Shown piece after piece: positions 9,714 to 20,287 of a stretch of DNA of 64,000 nucleotides. The notes beneath the pieces are model-generated. The model ran no database searches and had not been told where the DNA came from. It saw only the letters and a list, made by a program, of their open reading frames with translations. Both the position numbers and the translations under genes were made by a program. Positions within the stretch are counted from its first letter, which is position 1, and the number at the start of each line of letters is the position of its first letter. Source of the DNA: a virus (lineage: Duplodnaviria > Caudoviricetes); the IMG/VR virus record IMGVR_UViG_3300037454_000334, positions 1-64,000 of that record; one strand, 5' to 3'.

Positions 9714-10294
9714 ACTTGCTCGTCCTTGTTTTCTTCCTTGTCAGGCCACCAAACACACGCTGCACTCTCGGCGCGGCTAATCATCCAAGGTTCAATACCT
9801 TTGATAATCTCGTCGTAGTATGCCCACGCAACAGGCAACTGCTTACACCCCTCGCTGTCGTGAAATTCACACTCGGCTGGCCGCACATTGGGAGAGAGGA
9901 ACCGCACGGATTCAAACACGTACTGACCTTTTTTCAAGTCTTTTCTCGTAAGCGCCATCAGCACCCGTCGCTTTCCGGGGCTCTCCGTGGCAGGCTGCCA
10001 TGTGAATGAGGTCGGCTTCATGTCTGGGTATTTGTTATCGACCATCGTAAAAGGTCTCTCCAGTCCGTGTTTCTTATCCCACATCCTCAGTCGCGGACAT
10101 GACACGTCTGGTGTGCAGCCCAACAATACGCCACCGTCAACGTGGCACTCGTAGCCTTTATCGCAGAGCGTGCCCAGCTTGTTGTACTTGCACTTCTCGC
10201 GGAACTTGATGCGCTCCTTTGGCTCCAATATCCATCTGTGCCCGTACTGATTTTTCTTCAGGACCTTGAACTCTATTTGTTTCTTTTCTGCCAT
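9686..10294 (-). CDS. hypothetical phage protein
   Basis: 202-aa ORF. Confidence 0.7.
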   Translation of the reverse strand: MAEKKQIEFKVLKKNQYGHRWILEPKERIKFREKCKYNKLGTLCDKGYECHVDGGVLLGCTPDVSCPRLRMWDKKHGLERPFTMVDNKYPDMKPTSFTWQPATESPGKRRVLMALTRKDLKKGQYVFESVRFLSPNVRPAECEFHDSEGCKQLPVAWAYYDEIIKGIEPWMISRAESAACVWWPDKEENKDEQVKEVGMLKD

Positions 10295-10310
10295 AATTCC
10301 TTTATTTTAT

Positions 10311-10823
10311 TTATTCCTGCGCCGTACTCACAAGGGGGACAGACCCCGTGTGATCCTGTTTCTTATAAAGGTTAGTCAGTCTCCTTGCAATGTACTTCAT
10401 CTGCTTGGGGAATAACTCGCAGGCTTCATCCTCGCTGTCAAGCACCTGGTCCATTTTCCACGCAAGGTCGCCCTTGATGTCCTCAAAAGATTTCACCTGC
10501 TTTAAATCTTCAACAATGCAGTTGATGTCATCTTCATTCCAGCTGCTGACGATCAGCGCGGCATTGAGCAGGCAGCCGCACTCCGCGCAATGGCTGAAAT
10601 GGTCGTTCTCCGGCGACGTTTCTTCATATACCTGATGATAATACTTGCCGCCATCCTCTTTGTCGAGTTCCCTCGCTTTCTCGGTGGCACAGAGATGACA
10701 GTAGTCGCCGTCAATCTCTTCCACCTTGAACCCCTCGCAGTCGTGCTTCTCAATATAGCACACGCTTTCAGGGTCGGAAGCCATTTGCCAGATCTCTTTC
10801 CTGATATCTTCTGATAACTTCAT
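10311..10823 (-). CDS. hypothetical protein with two CxxC pairs (Zn-binding)
   Basis: CHLC ... CAEC. Confidence 0.7.
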   Translation of the reverse strand: MKLSEDIRKEIWQMASDPESVCYIEKHDCEGFKVEEIDGDYCHLCATEKARELDKEDGGKYYHQVYEETSPENDHFSHCAECGCLLNAALIVSSWNEDDINCIVEDLKQVKSFEDIKGDLAWKMDQVLDSEDEACELFPKQMKYIARRLTNLYKKQDHTGSVPLVSTAQE

Positions 10824-10837
10824 CGCTCAGTCCTCCT

Positions 10838-11395
10838 TTATTCGTATTCAATATCAAACTGGTCCTTTGCCAACTTCTTCTTGTCGAAGGCTTGGGGGAT
10901 GGTGTCTCCGCAAAGCAGGAAGTACCGATTGCGATCGGAGTCGTACATCGGTCTGATGTAGTGTGAAACGCCGCGATTGAAATCGGTCATGTGGATGCCG
11001 AACTCGTGCAGCGCATCTTCCGTTACCTCCCACTCTTCGGCCTTCGCGCTGAAAGCCGCCTTGAACTCTTTGCCCTCCTTGGTACGGAGATTTGGCTTCC
11101 AACCGTTCCTCACCTTCGGCATCGGGCGCAACACCTTCTTGTCAATCTTGTCCTCGTCCTCGGGCTTGAAGGTAAACTCTGGCACGAACTTCATGATCGT
11201 ACCCCAGTGGTAGATGCAGGCGGGGCTGACGGGACGTGCGCCTGTCATATGTTCCACCATGTCGTTTGCTTCGTCAAAACTTTTCTTGATCTTGTCGTGC
11301 ATCGCCTTGATAGTCTGTTCAAGTGCAGTGCCTGGTTTTGCTATAATTTCCATAACGCCATTATTTGTTTCGGTTATACATTCTTTCAAGAGCAT
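10838..11395 (-). CDS. hypothetical phage protein
   Basis: ORF; true start may be MEIIAK at 11353. Confidence 0.65.
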   Translation of the reverse strand: MLLKECITETNNGVMEIIAKPGTALEQTIKAMHDKIKKSFDEANDMVEHMTGARPVSPACIYHWGTIMKFVPEFTFKPEDEDKIDKKVLRPMPKVRNGWKPNLRTKEGKEFKAAFSAKAEEWEVTEDALHEFGIHMTDFNRGVSHYIRPMYDSDRNRYFLLCGDTIPQAFDKKKLAKDQFDIEYE

Positions 11396-11879
11396 CGTTC
11401 TGCGCCAGAAGGAAGATACCGTGGCGGCAGAATGTGTCGTAGCAGTCGAACTCGGCCGTACCCTTGCGGCGGTCTTTCAGTTCCTGCAGCCATTCATGGC
11501 CTTCATTTAAATCATCGGCAAGCATGCCTTTATAGAGCGTACCGACCATCGTTTCAAACAGAGCATACCCCTTCTCCAGTTCGATGCGGAACTGCGTCAG
11601 GGTCATTTCCTCGCTCAGTTTGAGGTAGTTCATGCGGTGCTGCTTGATTTCCTTGTGGTCGTAGTCATCCCACTTGCGCCCGTCCTTGGTGATGATATTG
11701 TCGTCATCATCCCGCGTCCAGCATTCGTCGCAGTAGTGCCGTCCCTCGCACTCTATCCAGCCGCACTCGTCGAGAATGGTGGTCGTGAGCGCGTCCTTGT
11801 CGTCCCACCACGTCTCGTCATCAATCAGCCGCCCGCAAGCGTCGCACTTGATGTTATGGAATTGTCTGTCAACTATCAT
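11361..11879 (-). CDS. hypothetical Zn-ribbon protein
   Basis: CDAC ... HYCDEC. Confidence 0.7.
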   Translation of the reverse strand: MIVDRQFHNIKCDACGRLIDDETWWDDKDALTTTILDECGWIECEGRHYCDECWTRDDDDNIITKDGRKWDDYDHKEIKQHRMNYLKLSEEMTLTQFRIELEKGYALFETMVGTLYKGMLADDLNEGHEWLQELKDRRKGTAEFDCYDTFCRHGIFLLAQNDALERMYNRNK

Positions 11880-11882
11880 CGC

Positions 11883-12416
11883 TCAGTCCTCCTTCTTCGC
11901 TTTCACGCAGTCCCTGATTATCTGCTCGGTGATGACGCCGCCATTGGCACGGCTGGAGGCATCCAGTTTCTCCACGTCGAACTCTTCGGCTGAGAACTTG
12001 AACTGAATCCAGTTCGTCTCATATTCGCGGTAGTCGAGCCACGTCTTCGGATCGTCGGTGTCGAGGATGTAGCGCACCATGCGCAGCAGTCGCAAGCCTG
12101 CGGCCTTGGAGGTGATGAATCCTGACACGTCGAATGCCGATGCGCCACGGCTCTTCCAATACTCGCCGACGGCTGGCCGCTCGTCCTTGGGGTCGAATGT
12201 GATTACGTCGGAGCGGAAGAACTCGATACCTGCCGTGGTTCCGTCGCTGCCCCATGCGAGGTAGCCGCTGAACGGGCGGTATTCCTTACGCTCCGTAGAG
12301 TCCTTGATGACAAACTCGACCTCCGACGGGTTTTTGTGATTCAGTTCGCAGTTGTGTACCCAGTCCTCGACCCACTGCTGCAGGTTTGCGAGGGTAATTT
12401 TCTTTTGTTCGTTCAT
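11883..12416 (-). CDS. hypothetical phage protein
   Basis: Likely start MNEQKK at 12416; ends KED*. Confidence 0.7.
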   Translation of the reverse strand: MNEQKKITLANLQQWVEDWVHNCELNHKNPSEVEFVIKDSTERKEYRPFSGYLAWGSDGTTAGIEFFRSDVITFDPKDERPAVGEYWKSRGASAFDVSGFITSKAAGLRLLRMVRYILDTDDPKTWLDYREYETNWIQFKFSAEEFDVEKLDASSRANGGVITEQIIRDCVKAKKED

Positions 12417-12421
12417 ATTGC

Positions 12422-12838
12422 TTACCATTTTATTTCCATATTCCTGATTTCCTCTGGTATGTCGCCGGTGTAGTAAATAGTCTCCGCCGTCCATATATCC
12501 TGCTCGTAGTCGTAGTCGCAGGTGCCTTTGACATACATGAAAGCCGTTGCCTCTGGGTACGGGCATTGTACCACCATCTCCTCCACTGACGGTTTGAAGA
12601 AAAACCGTGTGCCAGTGTGATAGGTCTTAACACGTCCCAACTCACGCAGATAGCCAGTCGGCTTCAGTCTCTTTTTGTCCCAGTTGTACGATGTCGAATG
12701 GATATTGTTGCCGTCCAACCAGTAGCGCATGCCGCCGAGTTCCTGGAAATCCGCTACGGGTCGCAGCGTCTTTGCCCGCTCGATGATCTTCTCTTTCGTC
12801 ATCGCAGCTTCCATGTCCATTAATTCTTTTTCTGTCAT
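12422..12838 (-). CDS. hypothetical phage protein
   Basis: Packed ORF. Confidence 0.7.
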   Translation of the reverse strand: MTEKELMDMEAAMTKEKIIERAKTLRPVADFQELGGMRYWLDGNNIHSTSYNWDKKRLKPTGYLRELGRVKTYHTGTRFFFKPSVEEMVVQCPYPEATAFMYVKGTCDYDYEQDIWTAETIYYTGDIPEEIRNMEIKW

Positions 12839-12852
12839 CGTGTCAGTCCTCC

Positions 12853-13515
12853 TTACACAAAGAAATCCAGTCCGTAGACATCGCCGCGACCCGTCTCGAT
12901 GCAGGTGGCACGAACGCAGATGCTGTCGCCGACGGGGAAGATATTGCTGGGGTTCTCAATCTTATACTTGCGACCGTTGCCGCCTACTGCCTCGCCGCGC
13001 TCCAGAACGTCACGCACCTTCTGGTCATAGATGTCGCTCACCTCCACATGCACACCGTCGTCAAGGCGGATATACACGATGGGATAATGGCCCGTCTCTT
13101 TCATCCACGCCATAATCTGCTCGTTCTGCTCGGTGTTGCTGCGCTTCACCTCCGTACCAGGGATTACGATATCCTCGGAGTCGTAGAACTCTTCCTTGTG
13201 CCTCATGATGGCAGGGATGGCGGGTGCAAATTCCTCTGGCTCATCATTGCCAGAATCTGCCTTGTCAGCATCAGGGATGCGGAAGAATAGGTTAATCTCA
13301 TTATACTCTTCGCCACCGATAATAGGCTCGTCACCGACGGCTTTAGCGATGGTATTCAGTACACTCAGCCACACGTCGCCACCCAGGACCACGGTGCAAT
13401 AGTCGCCGTCGCTGTTCGGTTTAACACTTGCCACGGTTGCGTCGCATTTTTCTTCACTCAATACTTTCTCGACGATTTGTTCAATCTCGCCGATGGTCAT
13501 TTTTCTTTCGTTCAT
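12853..13515 (-). CDS. hypothetical acidic phage protein
   Basis: 220-aa ORF. Confidence 0.7.
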   Translation of the reverse strand: MNERKMTIGEIEQIVEKVLSEEKCDATVASVKPNSDGDYCTVVLGGDVWLSVLNTIAKAVGDEPIIGGEEYNEINLFFRIPDADKADSGNDEPEEFAPAIPAIMRHKEEFYDSEDIVIPGTEVKRSNTEQNEQIMAWMKETGHYPIVYIRLDDGVHVEVSDIYDQKVRDVLERGEAVGGNGRKYKIENPSNIFPVGDSICVRATCIETGRGDVYGLDFFV

Positions 13516-13561
13516 ATCGCCTTTGATTATATGTTATACCATTTTTGTTTCTCTTCGTCGG

Positions 13562-13891
13562 TCACTGCTTTCCTTTCAGTCTTGCATCGAACATCGCCTT
13601 GAGGGCTTCCTCGCCACGTCCCATCTTGATCATCATGTCAGCCACGTGTCCGTCGAAGTCGCTCGACTGCACCACCAGCAGGGCAACGAGCGCCAGGTGC
13701 TTGATCTGCAACGACTGGATGGCCGTTATCTCTATCACCTTGTCGAGCATTCCCCTTTCGCTCCAGCCCTTCTCGCGCAGCTGCGGCAGGTTCACGGCGA
13801 ACTTCTCGCTCGACAGTATCATGCCGTAGATGTACTTGATAAGCGCCGTCTTGTCCTTCAGCAGGTTCACTATATCTATCTGTTCGTTCAT
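13562..13891 (-). CDS. hypothetical phage protein
   Basis: ORF after junction motif. Confidence 0.7.
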   Translation of the reverse strand: MNEQIDIVNLLKDKTALIKYIYGMILSSEKFAVNLPQLREKGWSERGMLDKVIEITAIQSLQIKHLALVALLVVQSSDFDGHVADMMIKMGRGEEALKAMFDARLKGKQ

Positions 13892-13907
13892 ACGTCAGTC
13901 CTCCGTA

Positions 13908-14231
13908 TTAAATTTCGTACTGTTTCCACACGATGCCGTCCTTCCTCAAGGTCAGTTCAACCTCATGGTCTTCGACCTTGAAAAAGACCTCGTGAACGAT
14001 TACCTCATCCTTGATATCTGTCTCGCCTTTTTCGTTTGCGAACGGACAAGCGCCACAATTATGTCCTTTACGACACTTGAGCAGCCTTTTCTTCAGTCTT
14101 TCTTCGCAAGCATCAGATATCCATAAAACGTCGCCTACTCTTGGAAGGAACGGCAGCATTTCCTCTTCTTCGGTTAGGCCGTACATATTCTTGCACTCCC
14201 AGAGACCAATCTTTATCTTCCAGCCTTTCAT
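13908..14231 (-). CDS. hypothetical phage protein
   Basis: ORF after junction motif; CRKGHNCGACPF. Confidence 0.7.
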   Translation of the reverse strand: MKGWKIKIGLWECKNMYGLTEEEEMLPFLPRVGDVLWISDACEERLKKRLLKCRKGHNCGACPFANEKGETDIKDEVIVHEVFFKVEDHEVELTLRKDGIVWKQYEI

Positions 14232-14245
14232 ACGTCAGTCCTCCC

Positions 14246-14722
14246 TTACCTGTAATACATGTCCGCGCTGATGTCGAGAATGCGCTGCTCGATACACTTG
14301 GCTGACACTTCCTGTATATACATGCTGCATACAGCAATACCGCCGTTGTGGATAAGACCTATACGCAGCAGGTTCTGCATCGCCTCCTTGACGGGCGATG
14401 GATAAACGCTGCATACATCTTCTATGGTATGTCCCGTCAATTCTTTGAAAGAGCTACTGTATTCGGCATTCCCCATACATACTGCAGTATAATGACCATA
14501 CCTGCAGAAGTGTGAGCGGTAGTCCTCGATGTACCACAGTGCCTTCTTCAGGTCCTCGATTTCCTTCTCGGCATCCTCCTTGCCCATTTCAGCCTTATTT
14601 CCCGCACGCCAGAGATATTTGATGGCGTTGGCGATGTCGCAGGTGTAGTGGCGGATGATGTCTATACACTCGATGCCAGCGGGATGCTGGTTGTAGTGCT
14701 TCGGATGGTTTACATATTCCAT
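14246..14722 (-). CDS. DUF3310 domain protein
   Basis: VNHPKHY...IECID...NAIKYLWRAG.K...EDLKKALWY signature. Confidence 0.85.
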   Translation of the reverse strand: MEYVNHPKHYNQHPAGIECIDIIRHYTCDIANAIKYLWRAGNKAEMGKEDAEKEIEDLKKALWYIEDYRSHFCRYGHYTAVCMGNAEYSSSFKELTGHTIEDVCSVYPSPVKEAMQNLLRIGLIHNGGIAVCSMYIQEVSAKCIEQRILDISADMYYR

Positions 14723-14741
14723 ATCTTATAAATGTTTGGTT

Positions 14742-15359
14742 CTACATTGTCCCGTTGTCGGGAATAAAAATTCTTTCGGCCTTCACGATGGCGTCCTCGG
14801 CGACACGGCGGCTCCAGTCGACGCGGTACTCGCCCTCCCATCTGTAGCAGCGGACGGTGACGGTGGCGGTGTCGCTCTGCCAGTCAGTCTTTTTCTTCGT
14901 CTTAGGGATAGACGGACGGGCGATGACGGAGGCTGTCGACACACTCAGCGTACTGTCGAGCTCAGCCTGGTTTCGCACACAAAGGGTCACGGCATACTGG
15001 TTCTCGGGATCGAAGCGTGCGAGCACCTGACGGAAATACATCCACGGAGTCTCGTCCATGATATACTCCACGGGCTTGCCGTCCGGCTTCTCGCGGTCGA
15101 TGACATGGCCCTTTAATGGCTTCCAGTCACCTTCGCCGTGCGCATTCTTCAGGTCGAAGCCGCTCCACCCGTCAGGGCGCCACCAACTTCCCAGGTCGCG
15201 CCGCATGATGAACCAGATGTTCCTGCGTTCCTGCTCTGAGCACTGCGGCCACACGCGGTTCACCATGTCCTCATAGACGTTCCAACGGAGGTGGCTGCCG
15301 GCCATGCCGCCCTGCATCCACCACAGCACCTCGTTCCATTCCAGATTCAGCGTGATCAT
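14742..15359 (-). CDS. hypothetical Trp-rich phage protein
   Basis: 205-aa ORF coupled (ATGA) to upstream gene. Confidence 0.7.
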   Translation of the reverse strand: MITLNLEWNEVLWWMQGGMAGSHLRWNVYEDMVNRVWPQCSEQERRNIWFIMRRDLGSWWRPDGWSGFDLKNAHGEGDWKPLKGHVIDREKPDGKPVEYIMDETPWMYFRQVLARFDPENQYAVTLCVRNQAELDSTLSVSTASVIARPSIPKTKKKTDWQSDTATVTVRCYRWEGEYRVDWSRRVAEDAIVKAERIFIPDNGTM

Positions 15360-16450
15360 GGCTGCACCTCCTTCTTTCCGATGGTGATGCGCTTCACGCA
15401 GGATATCTCACCCTGCCAGCCGCGACGCTCCAGCTCCTGCCACAGCTCCTCGTCGGTGAACACCTCAAGGGCGTCCTGGGCAGAATTGCGGGCGGACTCG
15501 TCGGACGGTGCATTCTGGGTGACTGCTGGCGATGTAGGGTTTCGGGGGACTACGGTCTGTGCGAAGGGTGTCGGCTTGACGACCGTCTTCTTGGTCTTGG
15601 CCTTCTTACGTCCGCCCTTCTTCTGCAGCTTCTCGTTGAGACGCTCCTTGAACGTGTCAACTTCATCGGCATTGCACCAATAGAAGCCGGCTGACTTCCT
15701 GAGCAGCTTCGATACGCGGTCGAGGTTGCAGGCGCCGGTCTCACGCTCGGCCTCGCCCATCGTCGGCCACACCTTCACCACCTCCAGCGTCTCTGTGTCG
15801 ATCTGAGCCACAGGGCGGGGCGCACGGCCACGAACATTCTTCTTCTCCTTCGTTTTCATATTCTCTTCGGTTTTAGTTTCTTCTTCGTTGTTGTCTTCAA
15901 AGCTGATGCCTGCACAAGGGTCATCGCTGTTGTCATCGCCATGCCCGTCCTGAGGCGCATTCATGATGGCGTAGGTTAGTTTCCTCACCTTGATCTCCGT
16001 CTCCTTGAACTTCTCGCGCAGCTTGATGGTGTCGACGGACTCCTGCTCCCGCTCCTGCTCCATCGCCCTGCACGGCATGGCGGTCACGGGGTCGATATTG
16101 AGGTCGTTGTCGTTCTCGTCATCATCATCCTGCTCTCGCTTACTCGCAGGGCCTTTCGTGTACTCCATCAGCTCGTCGAAGGAGAAGTCGGGCGCGGGGT
16201 TCACCTCCGGCTCGGCAAAGTTGGCGAACTTCAGCACGTGAATCATCACGCTTGCGGCCTTCGCCTTGACGCTCTCAATCTCGCGCGTCGCAGCCAGCGC
16301 CTCGCCCAGAACCTCTTTCGTATAGTACGAGCATGTCTTGTTCGTGGGCAGCTGGAACCACGCCTTGCGGAACGCATCGCGGGTCTTCTTATACAGCTCG
16401 CTGTTCTGCGACTGCTGCTGCCATCCTTGGTATGCCTGTTGTAAGTTCAT
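15356..16450 (-). CDS. NUMOD1-domain DNA-binding protein, first gene of left arm
   Basis: RPVAQIDTETLEVVKVWPTMGEAERETG...KSAGFYW resembles NUMOD1. Confidence 0.7.
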   Translation of the reverse strand: MNLQQAYQGWQQQSQNSELYKKTRDAFRKAWFQLPTNKTCSYYTKEVLGEALAATREIESVKAKAASVMIHVLKFANFAEPEVNPAPDFSFDELMEYTKGPASKREQDDDDENDNDLNIDPVTAMPCRAMEQEREQESVDTIKLREKFKETEIKVRKLTYAIMNAPQDGHGDDNSDDPCAGISFEDNNEEETKTEENMKTKEKKNVRGRAPRPVAQIDTETLEVVKVWPTMGEAERETGACNLDRVSKLLRKSAGFYWCNADEVDTFKERLNEKLQKKGGRKKAKTKKTVVKPTPFAQTVVPRNPTSPAVTQNAPSDESARNSAQDALEVFTDEELWQELERRGWQGEISCVKRITIGKKEVQP

Positions 16451-16504
16451 CTCTTATACATTATATATATTATATGCGTGATGCGGCACGCTGACCTTTT
16501 CGGC

Positions 16505-16610
16505 TGCAAATTTACAACTTAAATCTGAAAATATCATAATGATAATATCGTTTTAATAATTTTTAAGTTCAATTTTGTTGTTTTTATGGGATTTATTCTA
16601 TAAATTTGCA
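16505..16610. promoter_or_regulatory. divergent Bacteroidetes-type early promoters
   Basis: TAAATTTG -7 boxes on minus (16507-16514) and plus (16601-16608) strands with an AT-rich spacer. Confidence 0.75.
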
Positions 16611-16627
16611 CCCGAATTACGAAACGT

Positions 16628-19336
16628 ATGAGAACAATATTATTATCACACAACAAGACCGCCTACCAGAAGGTGATGCGGGCGTTCGAGACCGCAGACC
16701 GCACCTGCGTGGTCCATCCCACGGGCACGGGCAAGTCGTATTTGATCGCCGCCGTCAGCGAGAGCTACAACCGGGTGCTGATACTCGGCCCGAACACGTT
16801 TGTGCTCGACCAGGTGCATAGCGTATTGAAGTGGCGCAAGCGGGGTATGGAGTATATGACATACCAGACGCTGAATAAGACAGAGGACCCACATACGGAC
16901 TATGACCTGATCTGTCTGGACGAGTTCCACCGTGCCGGTGCTCCTGAGTGGGGAGCTGCCGTGGATCGTCTGCTAGATCTGAACAAGCAGGCAAAGGTGC
17001 TGGGCACGACGGCGACGCACATCCGCTATAAGGATAACGAAAGGAACATGGCCGACGAACTTTTTGGCGGCAATATCGCCTCGCACATTACCATTGCAGA
17101 GGCATGGACGATTTACAATATCCTACCCATACCTCGCTATGTCAGCGGGCTGTTCCGCTGGGACAAGACCGTCGGCGAGGCAGAAGAGCGCATACTTCAT
17201 AGCCGCAGTCTCAGCGAGGATGAGAAGCGCAAACGCATATTCCGTCTGAACAACGCCCGTCTGCACTGGGAATTGTCGTATGGAATGCCTGCTATCTTGA
17301 AAAAACACTTGGATAAGGATGCCCGACGGGTCATCATCTTCTGTGCCCATATCGAAGCCTTGGAACAGATGCGCCAGGAGGTGTTAGGATGGTTCCGCGA
17401 GGCAGGCTTCACTGTGGCCAGTAGCTGCATCATGCACAGCAAATTGACAGACCGCGACCAGCGCGAACAGATGAAGCAGTTTGAGAGCGACAAGGAGGAT
17501 GGTGTGAAGTTGATGTTCTCGGTTGACATGCTCAACGAGGGCATCCATGTGCCAAACGTCAATGCCGTGCTGATGCTGCGAACCACCAGCAGCCGTATCA
17601 TCTACATGCAGCAGATGGGGCGCTGCCTGACAACTGCCAACACCGAGAAGCCGCTGGTGCTCGACATGGTGGACAACATCACTACCACGACGGCCATCAA
17701 GGGCTTACTCGACGAGTTTGACGCGATAGAGATTCCGCAAGCCGAGCACGAAGGCCGCGAACCCCGCAAGTTCGAGGTAAAGGATTACACGCTGGGGGTG
17801 CGTGACTTGATAGAGAAGCTGGTGCAGGACACCTACACCTTAGAGGAACGTCTGCAGATTATCAATGCTTTTGTGGATCATTACGAGCGTCTGCCGAAAG
17901 CCAGTGAGCCAGAATACAAGCATTGGGCGTTCCTGATTAAGTATGCCCGTAACCATCCACAGGTGCAGGCGCTGATGAAACGGTTCCTCAAGGGACTGAC
18001 TCTCGACGAACTCAAGCAACGCATCCGCACCTTTGCCGAAGAGAACGACCGCTGGCCGAAGAAATATATAAAATCCTACTCACCGTCGAAAGAGGAGCGC
18101 AGTCTTAGCTATTACTTTATAAAATATCGTGACGAGCTGCTGCAGGACGACGACTTCCGCAGCCTATACGAATACTACCGCGACAGGGACAAGCTCACGT
18201 TTGACGAGCAATATGCCATCGCTATCGGGTTCTGCCAACGCTACGACCGTCTGCCTACGCTCCCTACAAAGAAGGAACTCAGGGAAAGCGTTACAGACGA
18301 GGAACGGCAGGCCGCTAAAAGTTGGGCGTGGCTGAGAAACAATTTCCCTGATGATGAGCGTGTCAAGGCCATATCACAGGAATACGGCAGGAAGACCTTA
18401 CGCGAGAAGGAAATTAAGCGCCGCGTGAAGTTGCTGACGGCATTTATCACGGAGAAACAGCGGCAGCCGAACAACTACTATCCCGAAGAAGTGCAGCTGT
18501 GTGTCTATATGAACAGTCTGCGCGTTTCTCCATACAACGAGCGGGAGGACGTGAAGGAACTGATACGCCTGGCTGACAGTGTAAAACGCGAAGTGGAAGA
18601 TGCCGACGAACTGGTGGAAGAGTATATACGATTCTGCGAGGCCAACAAGAAAATACCATCCAAGCATTCCAAAGATGCCTACGAGGTCGATTTATACAAA
18701 CGTGTTGAACATCGCAAGACACTCAAGGACAATCCGAGATTCCTTGCTGTGCGCGAGAAATACAAGAAGCAGCGTATGAGCCCTGAAGAAGAGCGACGTA
18801 TCGTCATCGGGCACTGCGAGCAGACTAAGCGTCGCCCCAGCAAGCAAACCAGCAGTGCCGAGGTATATCGTGCATGGCAGAACATCAAACGGACTGACAA
18901 GGACTTCGCTCGTGAGATTCAGGAGAAATACCCTGCGGTCATTGTATGGTCTGACGAAGACACCGAGCGATATGCCGAGCTGATGATTACTTTTGTCAGG
19001 GAGCACAACCGCCGACCAAACGTCAGACTTGATGACCACCGGCTATGCAATATACTCAGTACGTTGCTGAAGGCAAAGGCCGACCATCCTGCCGTCATCC
19101 GCCTGAAGGAAGTGCTCGACCAGTTGCCATCGTACCAAGCTCCGAAGTATTACGACAGAAAGCAGAGCGACCAGCGCAAATGCGCGGATAGGCTTGGCTA
19201 TAAAATCATCAAAGACCGTGGAGAAGACCCTGTCACCAGATATGTCATCTTCTATATGCCGGAAACGAAACGCAATGAACGTTACGAGCGTCGGTGTGCA
19301 GAGGTCGGATTGGAGATTAAGGAATGGAACAAATAA
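16628..19336 (+). CDS. SF2 DExH helicase (ResIII-like) with C-terminal helicase-associated repeats
   Basis: PTGTGKS, DEFH, TAT, MLNEGIH, QQMGR; repeated F...(R/K).P...W units. Confidence 0.88.
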   Translation: MRTILLSHNKTAYQKVMRAFETADRTCVVHPTGTGKSYLIAAVSESYNRVLILGPNTFVLDQVHSVLKWRKRGMEYMTYQTLNKTEDPHTDYDLICLDEFHRAGAPEWGAAVDRLLDLNKQAKVLGTTATHIRYKDNERNMADELFGGNIASHITIAEAWTIYNILPIPRYVSGLFRWDKTVGEAEERILHSRSLSEDEKRKRIFRLNNARLHWELSYGMPAILKKHLDKDARRVIIFCAHIEALEQMRQEVLGWFREAGFTVASSCIMHSKLTDRDQREQMKQFESDKEDGVKLMFSVDMLNEGIHVPNVNAVLMLRTTSSRIIYMQQMGRCLTTANTEKPLVLDMVDNITTTTAIKGLLDEFDAIEIPQAEHEGREPRKFEVKDYTLGVRDLIEKLVQDTYTLEERLQIINAFVDHYERLPKASEPEYKHWAFLIKYARNHPQVQALMKRFLKGLTLDELKQRIRTFAEENDRWPKKYIKSYSPSKEERSLSYYFIKYRDELLQDDDFRSLYEYYRDRDKLTFDEQYAIAIGFCQRYDRLPTLPTKKELRESVTDEERQAAKSWAWLRNNFPDDERVKAISQEYGRKTLREKEIKRRVKLLTAFITEKQRQPNNYYPEEVQLCVYMNSLRVSPYNEREDVKELIRLADSVKREVEDADELVEEYIRFCEANKKIPSKHSKDAYEVDLYKRVEHRKTLKDNPRFLAVREKYKKQRMSPEEERRIVIGHCEQTKRRPSKQTSSAEVYRAWQNIKRTDKDFAREIQEKYPAVIVWSDEDTERYAELMITFVREHNRRPNVRLDDHRLCNILSTLLKAKADHPAVIRLKEVLDQLPSYQAPKYYDRKQSDQRKCADRLGYKIIKDRGEDPVTRYVIFYMPETKRNERYERRCAEVGLEIKEWNK

Positions 19337-19369
19337 ACGATAAACAATCGTGATTCAAAACAAAGGACT

Positions 19370-20281
19370 ATGTATCTGAGCTATTACCAACACCCGGAAC
19401 TGCAGCTGCTCGATGCGGAGCGCTGCGAGGAGTATGTGAGGTCGAAGAAGTGTGAGCTGTGGCTGCTGATGAGTCACGATGTACGAGAGATGCTGATGGC
19501 AGCCAATGGTATAGAAGGCTGCCCACGCGATGAGTTTGTGATCCGTCAGCAGACATTGATGGCCAGTGGACTCCTTGCGAAGAGAATCAAGAACATCTAC
19601 ATGCCGTCCAAGTCATTCGACGAGGCGATGCTGAAATCATCGAAAGCCTTCGGTGACATGCCTGGCACAACGAGCGTATTCCTGGAAGTACAGGAGGACT
19701 GCTGCTTTCTGCTGGACCACGGAAAAACAAAACTGTTCCTCTTCAGTGACGGCAACAACGAGAATGGGCTTCCGCAGTTCGTGATGTTCTGCGTCCAGTT
19801 GCAGGGTGTCATGAACTTCTACGCGGAGTTCTGCATCAACCCGGAAGAGCAGGGGCTCGGCATCTGCTTCGTCTGGAGGCCACAGATAGATGGCTATCTT
19901 GGCGAGGCGAGCAACGACCCGATGTGGAATCAGCCCGACAGCGAGGTTTTGTGGTTGTACTTCCGCCTCATAAACATGTATCTTATCTTCAAGCGCTTCT
20001 CCGACGTGGAGCTGGAGGTGGTGTGCCGTGAGAAGACGCTCAGGAAGTCTGGCATCCTGCACGAGAAGGTGAACAACTTCATGGGCATCAACGTGACGCT
20101 GCTCGACTCGCGCTGGTTCACCACCATCTGCCGCAACGAGGGCTTCGCTGTGCGCGGCCACTTCCGCCTGCAGCCCTACAAGAACAACGGCGTGTGGGAC
20201 CGCAAGATCATCTACATCAATCCCTACACGAAGAACGGCTATCACCGAGTTGCACAGATAGCGAACATTGATAATAAATAA
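19370..20281 (+). CDS. conserved hypothetical phage protein
   Basis: C-terminal VRGHFRLQPY motif; 303 aa. Confidence 0.75.
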   Translation: MYLSYYQHPELQLLDAERCEEYVRSKKCELWLLMSHDVREMLMAANGIEGCPRDEFVIRQQTLMASGLLAKRIKNIYMPSKSFDEAMLKSSKAFGDMPGTTSVFLEVQEDCCFLLDHGKTKLFLFSDGNNENGLPQFVMFCVQLQGVMNFYAEFCINPEEQGLGICFVWRPQIDGYLGEASNDPMWNQPDSEVLWLYFRLINMYLIFKRFSDVELEVVCREKTLRKSGILHEKVNNFMGINVTLLDSRWFTTICRNEGFAVRGHFRLQPYKNNGVWDRKIIYINPYTKNGYHRVAQIANIDNK

Positions 20282-20287
20282 AGCAAT

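Noticed and set aside
829-15683. Long plus-strand ORFs opposite the left arm (e.g. 3283-4020, 5073-6152, 8367-9065) and equivalent shadows elsewhere
   Set aside because: Antisense shadows of GC3-rich genes; no motifs or start contexts.
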